Shown here piece after piece: positions 1 to 7,612 of a DNA stretch of 33,293 nucleotides. The DNA lies in the NCBI GenBank assembly GCA_016839445.1, contig JAEOUG010000052.1, positions 1-33,293 of the forward strand, written 5' to 3'. Source of the stretch: Candidatus Thorarchaeota archaeon (GTDB lineage Archaea; Asgardarchaeota; Thorarchaeia; Thorarchaeales; Thorarchaeaceae). Every line of letters starts with the position of its first letter. The first letter of the stretch is position 1. The notes below the pieces were generated by a model that saw only the letters and a list, made by a program, of their open reading frames with translations, did no database searches and had not been told where the DNA came from. A program made the translations under genes and the position numbers.

Positions 1-1081
1 TCATGCTGTACCTCTTGCCAGTTATAACATTCAGCGTGGCCTGAGTACCTACAATCTGGCTGGACGGTGTGACGAGTGGAGGATAGCCCAGTTCAGCTCT
101 GACTCGAGGGACTTCTTCTAGAACCTCGTCATAGCGGTCAAGGGCGCCCTGCTCGCGTAACTGATTATCGAGATTGGATAGCATGCCACCGGGGATTTGA
201 AATTGAAGGACCTGAGGGTTCACGCCCTGTAGGCTTCCTTCAAACTGAACGTATCTTCTACGTATCTTTCTGAAGTAGTCAGCAATCTGGGATAGAAGAG
301 TGATGCTGAGGCCGGTATCTCGTTCAGTGCCCTTCAGCGCTTCAACGATGGACTCAGTCGCAGGTTGTGATGTCGCCATTGAGAGTGCAGAGATTGCACA
401 ATCGACAACGTCCACTCCAACTTCGGACGCCTTCAGATACGCCATAGCAGCCATCCCGCTGGTGTAGTGGGAGTGGAGCTGGACGGGGATATCCACCTCG
501 TCCTTCAGGCGCTTCACAAGATCGTGAGCCGCTTCAGGAGAGATCAGCCCGGCCATATCCTTGATACAGATGGAGTCAGCCTCTTTGGCAGCCAGCTCCT
601 TTGCCATCTCTACAAACTTCTCGTTTGTGTGAAATGGACTCAGTGTGTAGCAGATACTGGCCTGAACATGACCGCCCTCTCGCCTCACATACTTCATGGC
701 TGCTTCCATGTTTCTGACATCGTTCAGGGCGTCAAAGATACGGAATATGTCGATCCCGACCTTCACGGCCTCTGTCACGAAAGCCTCCAGAACGTCATCA
801 GCATACTGACGGTAGGCGACAACATTCGAGCCACGAAGGAGCATCTGAAACTTGGTCTTAGGCATTGCTTCCTTCAGTAGTTCTACTCGTTCCCACGGAT
901 CCTCGTCCAGGAAACGCATCATGCTGTCAAACGTTGCCCCACCCCACATTTCCAGAGAGTGGTAGCCCACCTTGTCGATCAATTCGCAGACAGGTAGCAT
1001 GTCCTCTGTCCGCATGCGTGTAGCAATCAGTGACTGATGTGCATCCCTGAGGGTTGTATCAGTGATCAGAAGCTTCGCCAT
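1..1081 (-). CDS. Pyruvate/oxaloacetate carboxyltransferase (PycB / OadA / transcarboxylase 5S family), 3' end outside the window
   Basis: Absent from the ORF track; translated by hand from ATG at 1081: MAKLLITDTTLRDAHQSLIATRMRTEDMLPV...SLEMWGGATFDSMMRFLDEDPWER. RDAHQS and WGGATFD are family signatures. The frame continues to the window edge (HQIPGGM and GYPPLVTP are visible near 70-200). Confidence 0.93.
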   Translation of the reverse strand, partial: MAKLLITDTTLRDAHQSLIATRMRTEDMLPVCELIDKVGYHSLEMWGGATFDSMMRFLDEDPWERVELLKEAMPKTKFQMLLRGSNVVAYRQYADDVLEAFVTEAVKVGIDIFRIFDALNDVRNMEAAMKYVRREGGHVQASICYTLSPFHTNEKFVEMAKELAAKEADSICIKDMAGLISPEAAHDLVKRLKDEVDIPVQLHSHYTSGMAAMAYLKASEVGVDVVDCAISALSMATSQPATESIVEALKGTERDTGLSITLLSQIADYFRKIRRRYVQFEGSLQGVNPQVLQFQIPGGMLSNLDNQLREQGALDRYDEVLEEVPRVRAELGYPPLVTPSSQIVGTQATLNVITGKRYSM

Positions 1082-1168
1082 CGTTGAACAGGACAGGAGC
1101 TGCCGTGCTGTATTTAGTCGTTTGGTTGGTGTTCTTAGAACACATGTTCCAAGGTTTCCAGGAGGACA

Positions 1169-2311
1169 TCATATGAAGCGCCGTTTCATCTGGGCTACAA
1201 TCTCATCGATGTTCTCAGCAGAGACGTTGTGCTCGTCCATGGCCTTCTTGATACGGCGTGCTTTGCTGGTGTCCGACATGTCGTGAATGCTGTTGAAGGC
1301 ACCTAGTCGCCTTCCGAATACGTAGAGGACCTGTTGGTCTTCGGCAAGACTAAGGAATCTATCTACTACTCCAAGAAGCCTATCGTGGTCCTCAGGAAGT
1401 TGCCCGTTGAGGTCTCCAAGCAAGTTCAGGACGTGATCACTGACAACTTGACTAGAGATACCCTCTAGACTCTCGATGAATAGCCGGGTCTCAACTGCGA
1501 CTTCAACCTCAGTCAAAGGTTCGAAGGTGCCAGATTCAATGAGTTTGAAGAGAGGTGCACGCAGCGGGACTGCAAGGGGCCTAAGCCTGATGAAGTCAGG
1601 GTCAATCTTGTTCAATGCATCGGCGGATTCCAGCGCATGCTCTCGTGACAACCTCCTCCCGCCTAGCCCAGGCATCACGTACTCCGACAGCTCCATACCA
1701 GATGCCTTCACCTTCAGGCCGGCTGCAATGTGTATCTTCTTGGATGCGCCCTTCTTCACGAGTTTCAGAACGTTGTCCGAGCCAGACTCCATGCCCACAT
1801 GAATTCGGCTCAGCCCTGCGTCGCAGAGTTTCGATAGCTCCTCAGCACTCATCTTGTTGATGGTGCTTGATCGTGAGTAGGAGGTTATTCGCTCGGCGCT
1901 TGGGAACCGCGACCTCAGATGAATGAGAATGTTCGACAGCGCATCAACCCCTACGACGAGCGAGTCTGCATCCTGAAGGAAGACCGACTTCATTCCGCTG
2001 AGATACCAGCGGCGAGCCATATCGAAGGCCATGGCCTCGCCAGGCACAACTTGTGCTGTGTGAGTGGTGACTGCCGGAGCCGGATCTCCGCGGAACTGCA
2101 GTATGTACTTGTGAACGAGGTCGATATCGCGTTTCACGTGCTCTACAGAACGAGCAGAGAACTCAGACTCCTTGTAGACTGGACAGAAGAGACAACGATT
2201 CCATGCGCAGTTGCGCATGACTCTGACAAGAAGACTGTAGGCCTCACTCGGAGGCCTAATTGGTCCAATCTCAAACCCGTAGGGTTCATCCATGGGGTCT
2301 TCGTTAGCCAT
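1169..2311 (-). CDS. Radical SAM protein, uncharacterised subfamily
   Basis: IRPPSEAYSLLVRV followed by CAWNRCLFC cluster motif (Cx4Cx2C); VFLQDAD, GMESGSD and MPGLGG TIM-barrel motifs. Confidence 0.88.
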   Translation of the reverse strand: MANEDPMDEPYGFEIGPIRPPSEAYSLLVRVMRNCAWNRCLFCPVYKESEFSARSVEHVKRDIDLVHKYILQFRGDPAPAVTTHTAQVVPGEAMAFDMARRWYLSGMKSVFLQDADSLVVGVDALSNILIHLRSRFPSAERITSYSRSSTINKMSAEELSKLCDAGLSRIHVGMESGSDNVLKLVKKGASKKIHIAAGLKVKASGMELSEYVMPGLGGRRLSREHALESADALNKIDPDFIRLRPLAVPLRAPLFKLIESGTFEPLTEVEVAVETRLFIESLEGISSQVVSDHVLNLLGDLNGQLPEDHDRLLGVVDRFLSLAEDQQVLYVFGRRLGAFNSIHDMSDTSKARRIKKAMDEHNVSAENIDEIVAQMKRRFI

Positions 2312-2325
2312 AGCGGAAAGGGCAC

Positions 2326-2363
2326 CGGATAGAGAGAAGAAGTTTCTCCTATTACTCTATCCG
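2326..2363. promoter_or_regulatory. 9-bp perfect inverted repeat (CGGATAGAG-N20-CTCTATCCG) upstream of the radical SAM gene
   Basis: Read directly; lies 15-52 bp upstream of the ATG at 2311. Function is inferred only. Confidence 0.35.
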
Positions 2364-2617
2364 ATGCAGGTTGACATGCTGGTGCGCGTCTACCTATCAA
2401 ATCGCTGACGATAGCTAACGGCCCTGCCGGATCGATCCCCACTTGGGAGAGACTTTGTTCGCAGTCTGTGGGTATTCTTCTCGACGGCCATTTTCTCGCA
2501 CCTAGGAATACTACCCGGAGTCTCAATATGACTTCACGGCCAGTGGCAGGTGTGAGAACCGGAATTGGCAGCCAGTTTTGCTACCGGAAACCAAAGCGGG
2601 AAGCTGGGAAAGCGGAA

Positions 2618-3532
2618 TCAGAGCCCCGCGTCGTCTATCATGTCGTCTAGCAGAGTCTGTGCGTAGTAAGGATACTTCTTGTTGGAGTAGGAGACCAATG
2701 TTGCGGTCGAGAATACGAAGTCTTGGCTGCGAATCCCTCGAGCGATTCTCTCAGCCTCATGCAAGTCACTCACAACGAACTCCGCAAAGAATACAGGTGC
2801 AGTCACAGACGGTGTGGGGTCCCAGAGTTCAAGAGAGTACTCCTTCGATAGCCAATCGTACACATCCTCACGTGAGGCCTTCTGTTCATCAAACTCAAAC
2901 CGGACATAGAAGTTCACGAGGTGCCCTGCCGCCATGTCAGGCCTCGCAGAGAAGACGATACCTCCGTTCTCCACAATCTCTCGAATAGCTCTCCTTACCG
3001 TTTTCGGAGAGAGCCCAAGTGCCCTAGCAATGTCGCTGATCTGCATTCTCGGATCGTTTCGGAGCGCTGAAAGAACGCGAAGGTGGAGGTTTGCCAGCTC
3101 TGATTTCTGCCCTTGTCTTCCAAGCACCGTGTGGAGTTCAACACTGGTGACATCCTCAAGTGATGCAAGAAACTCCCTGATCTCCATCAACATCTGCGAG
3201 CCGAGGTACTCACCCCAGACAAGGTAGGCACCACCTCCAGCGCTTGCTAGCAGACTGATGTGACCGACAGCAGGGTGGCTACCCAACGTGTCCAGGAATC
3301 CATCTATATCCTCACGACCATCTGTCTTGACGACTGCTAGGAAGAATTCCCCATTGATCATTGCCGCCTCAAGAGCAACGTGGAACATGGAGATGGTCCC
3401 ACTGTCAAGGAGTGCATTGACACGATTCTTGACCGCGCTCGAGCTCAACCCTGTCTTGCGTGCAAGACTCTCATAGCTCACTCTGCAATTGTGGCAGATC
3501 TCGAGGATGATTGTCTTGTCGACTGGATCCAT
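2618..3532 (-). CDS. Lrp/AsnC-family regulator with two HTH plus RAM-like units in tandem
   Basis: MDPVDKTIILEI...SYESLARKTGLSSSAVKNRVNAL, then a second HTH DPRMQISDIARALGLSPKTVRRAI. Confidence 0.88.
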   Translation of the reverse strand: MDPVDKTIILEICHNCRVSYESLARKTGLSSSAVKNRVNALLDSGTISMFHVALEAAMINGEFFLAVVKTDGREDIDGFLDTLGSHPAVGHISLLASAGGGAYLVWGEYLGSQMLMEIREFLASLEDVTSVELHTVLGRQGQKSELANLHLRVLSALRNDPRMQISDIARALGLSPKTVRRAIREIVENGGIVFSARPDMAAGHLVNFYVRFEFDEQKASREDVYDWLSKEYSLELWDPTPSVTAPVFFAEFVVSDLHEAERIARGIRSQDFVFSTATLVSYSNKKYPYYAQTLLDDMIDDAGL

Positions 3533-3631
3533 AGCTACGACAACCCAGAACCGTGATGAGTCGGCCTTCGTTTGAATCTGTTGATTACATCAAATACGAA
3601 GAGTCCCCACCGTGAAAACGCAGAGGAGGAC

Positions 3632-4183
3632 CTATCTAACGTTCTTGAGCCACTTCAGAGTTTCCTCCGCCTCCTCGTCTGATTGGAGGAGGCCGATACT
3701 TCTACACACCTCAACAGCAAACTCCGCATAGGCTTGTCCTCTAGCAGTGATGATGCCTTCCTCAATCACGACATCATCGTCGGTGATGATACTTCCCTCG
3801 AACACTCGTGGTGCATCTTCCTCGGAGTATCCATGGGCTACTCGAAGACCCTTTAGTAGGCCCACATGAGCCAAGAACCCTGGACCACCGCAGATTGCCG
3901 CAATGAGCTTTCCATTCTCTCGAACTCCGTGCAGCAGTCTGTGTAGGTGTTCATTCTCTAGGTATGCTGTCGGATCTCCTCCAGGGATGATTAGTACATC
4001 AATCGCCTCAGGATCAACTCTCTCAATAGTCTTGTCAACCATGAAGCGGAGTTGCTCTTCGCTCCTCTGAGGCTCTGCATCAAAGGAAACCGTGACAACG
4101 TTGGCGCTGTTTCGCATTAGTAGTAGGAGTGGCGCAATCTCAAAGGCGGCAAATCCTTCGTACAGCAACACGTAGACATTCAT
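3632..4183 (-). CDS. DJ-1/PfpI family protein
   Basis: LLYEGFAAFE, VLIIPGG, AAICGGP (nucleophile-elbow Cys) and IITARG. Confidence 0.92.
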   Translation of the reverse strand: MNVYVLLYEGFAAFEIAPLLLLMRNSANVVTVSFDAEPQRSEEQLRFMVDKTIERVDPEAIDVLIIPGGDPTAYLENEHLHRLLHGVRENGKLIAAICGGPGFLAHVGLLKGLRVAHGYSEEDAPRVFEGSIITDDDVVIEEGIITARGQAYAEFAVEVCRSIGLLQSDEEAEETLKWLKNVR

Positions 4184-4263
4184 GCAATCCAGCCAGTCGT
4201 ACCGGATTATATGGCATTCTCACTGCGCAAGATGCCGCTGACCAGAATGCACAGAACTGAAGC

Positions 4264-4509
4264 CTAGGCGGGTACGTAAATCCATTGCCTCATATCTTGA
4301 AGGCAGGGGACTCGCTTGATTAGCTGCTTCTTCAAGAGTTTCCTTAGAGCGTAACGAACAGTCCGAGGAGCAAAACTCACTTTGTCAAGCAGCTGCTTCG
4401 GCGTGACACCGCTGCCGCCGCTCTCCCTTAGAAGTGAGAGGACTATCATCTGGCTCTTCGTGAGGTTGGTGGACTCTGTTATTGTTTCCAATTCCTCTTC
4501 ACTCATCAT
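4264..4509 (-). CDS. Small winged-HTH DNA-binding protein (archaeal MarR/ArsR-like)
   Basis: 81 aa with PRTVRYALRKL recognition helix and QDMRQWIY wing; GGTGA RBS just upstream. Confidence 0.82.
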   Translation of the reverse strand: MMSEEELETITESTNLTKSQMIVLSLLRESGGSGVTPKQLLDKVSFAPRTVRYALRKLLKKQLIKRVPCLQDMRQWIYVPA

Positions 4510-4536
4510 CTAAATCACCAACTGTATAGTTAAGAG

Positions 4537-4568
4537 ATTTCAGAACTTGAATTTAAACATTTCGAACT
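4537..4568. promoter_or_regulatory. TATA-like TTTAAA (4552-4557) flanked by near-identical direct repeats ATTTCAGAACT and ATTTCGAACT
   Basis: Read directly in the AT-rich divergent intergenic region; the repeats start 22 bp apart. Confidence 0.45.
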
Positions 4569-4685
4569 AAAATAATTCGCTAATTTGAAAACGGACGACC
4601 GGATTCAGTTACATTCCGTGAACGTCCATGTTAGAAAGGTACAATTGGCAACTGCTGAACGTGAACCTGTGTGATCAGAGTGGAG

Positions 4686-5003
4686 ATGCCTGAGTGGCTT
4701 GCGGAGTGGATTTCCAAAGACAGACTTGTCGGCAGCAAGTTCAGGATAAGCAAGAGATACTTGAGGCAGTCAAAGAGAATTCAACAGATCAGCGTTGAGG
4801 AGTCAGAGGATGGCAGTCTGATTGCATCTCACTATGTTGTGCATTCGCCAAAGTATGGGAGATACAACGTCAGATTCGACAATGGAGTATACATATGCAA
4901 CTGCCCTTTCTTCAAGCACCGCAGAATCTGCAGTCACATTCTTGGTGTTAGTCAGAAGACGGGCGTCTGGCCGACCAAGGAGTCCATCTTCGACGAGTCC
5001 TAA
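4686..5003 (+). CDS. SWIM zinc-finger protein
   Basis: YNVRF...YICNCPFFKHRRICSHILGV matches CxC-x8-CxH. ATG at 4686 preferred; the ORF track starts at 4671. Confidence 0.88.
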   Translation: MPEWLAEWISKDRLVGSKFRISKRYLRQSKRIQQISVEESEDGSLIASHYVVHSPKYGRYNVRFDNGVYICNCPFFKHRRICSHILGVSQKTGVWPTKESIFDES

Positions 5004-5055
5004 GGCTAATATGTCCGCGTAACCTAGAGTCACCCTCGTCGAGCTGGTGAAGACT

Positions 5056-7026
5056 ATGGGACTCAAGGAGTCAATCGTTGATTACTTCGACCGCCATCCG
5101 AGGGCCAAGAAGGCACTCGGAGTGGCAACAGCCGTTGCTACAAACTTCGCCATGATTGGCTCTGGATCTGCAGTGCTTGCGGTCGCGGCGGGTTCCATTA
5201 CAAAGGCTCACGAAGACAATCAGAGAGTGAGACCCGACCAGTTGATGGACTTCTTCAAGGAGGCCATTCAAGACCCCGCAGTCCGAGACTCCATCAAAGA
5301 GGCTGTCAAAGAAGGCGGTTCTGAGGTGGCGGCACACGTATCGACTGCAATGAATCAGCTTGGGGCCTCCGAGCCACAGTCGGGCCAGTTCGTTGACACC
5401 ATGAAGTCAGACCTAGCCATTGTGATGCAGGATTTGGGCATCCTTCACGAAATGCTCTCCTACTACGAGGTCCCCGACTCAGCAGAACGCATCCGAAACG
5501 TGTGGAGGCTTCCACCATACCTTGACGACGTGCTTGTGATTGATGACGAGAGGCAGAGGTTCATTGACGCGGCTGTAGAGCATGCCAAGGGTGGAGAGAA
5601 CGTCGTTGTGCTTGGAGCACCAGGCTCAGGCAAGACGACCGCTATGTATGCAATACTCAGAGCTCTAGACCAAGACAACGACACCGGGCTGATATGGGAC
5701 ACGAAGGATGTTGCTAGAACTCACGAGAAGAACGGGATGATCCTCTTCTGCGACGACATCCCTGAATCAAGACAGCTCGCCAAAGCCATTGTAGAGAAGG
5801 ACATCAGGGGTGTCGTTTCGACCGCCAGAGAGCAGGACTGGTCTAGACTTCCTCTGGATCTTCGTCGGAAATTCTATGCACTGAACCTCCCTGCGATTCC
5901 GGACAATGTCATGACTGAGATATGTGAAAGACACCTCAAGAACTACGGTATCAAGTACGAGCAGGCAGTTCTTCCAATAATCGTGAAGAACGCTCAGGGG
6001 AGTCCCATCTACGTAAGGTACATGGCCGAAGAGCTTAGCTCCGAAGTGAAGGGGGGCAATCTCAAGAAACTTACTGCCAAAAGGGCGGAGGTCTCTCCCA
6101 GAGGGATGACAGATTACATCGCAGGAATCCTGGCGAGGATTCTCTTTGAGATGGATGGAACCGTATACACGCCGAGAGAGGGAGCACTCCCCGCGATCAA
6201 GGCGCTTCTGTGCCTGGCGGACAGGCCCAACTACGAAACACATGAAGTTCACTTGAACCAGATCTTCTTCGCGCTGAAGACTCCGTCAGATGGACCCGGC
6301 CCCTTCAATGCATTCAAGCAGTACCTCTCGAGGGACCCTCGGTACTCGTCATTCCGGTTCATGCATGACACCCTTGCAGATGTCCTCAGAGGTAAAGTGG
6401 ACCATCCTATCGTCGGGGACATCCGCATGATTGCTCAAGAGATGGGTGTTACAGGTAGGCGGGACGTACAGATCTCTGCGCTTGAACAGGGATGGGAGCA
6501 CGTGAAGGAGGAGTACGAACTCAACGAAGCCGGTGGATTAGACCTCGTCCTATCCTACGGCTACTTCGCTGTCAAGAACTTCGGTGCCGAACATGGTGAC
6601 ACCCTAGCCGTCGGACTTGCCAATCAACACCTTGAGAACCCTCTGAGCCAGGCTCTTCTCGCTGTCACTGGTCCTATGAAGGAGGGCGAGATGGAAGCGG
6701 CAAAGACTGCCACCAGGAAGAGAAGCAGGGGTACCACACGTGAAGTGAAGATGGGAAACGAAGGCAAGGCTACTGCACTGAACATAGGAGCGCTAATACA
6801 GGAGAAACTGGGCTCTGTCCTAGGGGAGAAGTTCGCCAAGGACATTCAGGAGGGGGTGAAGGACATCACAGGGAGTCTTGAAGGGGTCGAAGGAGTCCCC
6901 AACATTGATGAAGTGCTCAAGAACGCATTGAAGAGCGGAGACCTCAAGGACCTGAAAGAACTCAAGAAGCTCAATGAACTCCGCAAGATGCAGAAGAGAG
7001 AGAGGAAGAAGCCCAAGAAGGATTGA
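5056..7026 (+). CDS. STAND-class (NLR-like) P-loop NTPase
   Basis: Walker A GAPGSGKT (5614), Walker B ILFCDD (about 5750), sensor-1 VVSTAR, GxP motif GSPIYV (5998) and winged-helix FRFMHDTL (6361). ATG at 5056 follows a GGTGA RBS. Confidence 0.75.
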   Translation: MGLKESIVDYFDRHPRAKKALGVATAVATNFAMIGSGSAVLAVAAGSITKAHEDNQRVRPDQLMDFFKEAIQDPAVRDSIKEAVKEGGSEVAAHVSTAMNQLGASEPQSGQFVDTMKSDLAIVMQDLGILHEMLSYYEVPDSAERIRNVWRLPPYLDDVLVIDDERQRFIDAAVEHAKGGENVVVLGAPGSGKTTAMYAILRALDQDNDTGLIWDTKDVARTHEKNGMILFCDDIPESRQLAKAIVEKDIRGVVSTAREQDWSRLPLDLRRKFYALNLPAIPDNVMTEICERHLKNYGIKYEQAVLPIIVKNAQGSPIYVRYMAEELSSEVKGGNLKKLTAKRAEVSPRGMTDYIAGILARILFEMDGTVYTPREGALPAIKALLCLADRPNYETHEVHLNQIFFALKTPSDGPGPFNAFKQYLSRDPRYSSFRFMHDTLADVLRGKVDHPIVGDIRMIAQEMGVTGRRDVQISALEQGWEHVKEEYELNEAGGLDLVLSYGYFAVKNFGAEHGDTLAVGLANQHLENPLSQALLAVTGPMKEGEMEAAKTATRKRSRGTTREVKMGNEGKATALNIGALIQEKLGSVLGEKFAKDIQEGVKDITGSLEGVEGVPNIDEVLKNALKSGDLKDLKELKKLNELRKMQKRERKKPKKD

Positions 7027-7091
7027 CCACACCGACCCTTGAGTCACGCAGTTTCAACGAGCCTCACGGGCCACCACAGAAGTGCCAAGAG

Positions 7092-7098
7092 TTTATAT
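7092..7098 (+). promoter_or_regulatory. TATA box (TTTATAT) for the microprotein transcript
   Basis: Consensus-like archaeal TATA preceded by purine-rich AAGAG, about 90 bp upstream of the TTG at 7188. Confidence 0.5.
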
Positions 7099-7187
7099 CA
7101 CTTCAAGAGTTCGCGGCCGTAGTGATTCCTGTGGATTGGGGAGGATAGCGATGCTGCCCACTGGGCCATCGCAGGTTGAATCAGGTA

Positions 7188-7382
7188 TTGCCACACAAGA
7201 AAGGCCGTGGCGGCCAGAAGAAGATTCGAGTTCGTGAAGACGGAACCAGGATCTATCCTCGCAGGATGGTTCGCTGCACCGTGGGCATTGCTCCCAACTG
7301 CAAGGGTTGGGTCAACGCAAACACCATGCCCGTTCCCGGCATCTGCCGTCGTTGCTGGCAGGCCAAGAACTCACATGTGTAG
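7188..7382 (+). CDS. 64-aa very basic Cys4 (putative zinc-binding) microprotein
   Basis: MPHKKGRGGQKKIRVR...C-x7-C-x14-C-x2-C. Has its own TATA, AGGT before the TTG and a hairpin after the stop. Confidence 0.62.
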   Translation: MPHKKGRGGQKKIRVREDGTRIYPRRMVRCTVGIAPNCKGWVNANTMPVPGICRRCWQAKNSHV

Positions 7383-7384
7383 AC

Positions 7385-7414
7385 GGGGGTCACAGACCCC
7401 CATGCATCCTTTTT
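7385..7414 (+). terminator. Hairpin GGGGGTC-ACA-GACCCCC followed by a T5 tract
   Basis: Perfect 7-bp stem starting 3 nt after the TAG at 7382; CCTTTTT follows. Confidence 0.5.
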
Positions 7415-7612
7415 GGGTCCGTCATCATCCAGTATTCCGTCGCCCATCTTGAGGCCCAGTCCGTCTATTCCATGCAAGCAAGTCCAATCCTGCGCATCAG
7501 CGTGAGGGAGCCCTTGGAGGGCCAAGAGAGAGTTTTTTAGTCAACTCACCATAGTATCTACGTTTGGCACTAGCGCAGAACCGAGAGCTTGCTTCATGAA
7601 GGAGGATTCATA

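Noticed and set aside
467-880. 137-aa plus-strand ORF
   Set aside because: Antisense shadow of the carboxyltransferase gene at 1-1081 (-), which the ORF track missed because it runs off the window.
2190-2216. Non-canonical Cx4Cx2C radical SAM motif as a novelty
   Set aside because: This spacing is usual for the RPPSEA-type radical SAM subfamily.
2364-2617. About 250-bp intergenic gap as a possible ncRNA or pseudogene
   Set aside because: No tRNA cloverleaf, known RNA motif or recognisable protein remnant found by eye.
7253-7540. Overlapping small ORFs and three TCCGTC hexamers upstream of catalase
   Set aside because: No recognisable protein; the hexamers are too short and irregularly spaced for a CRISPR or iteron array.
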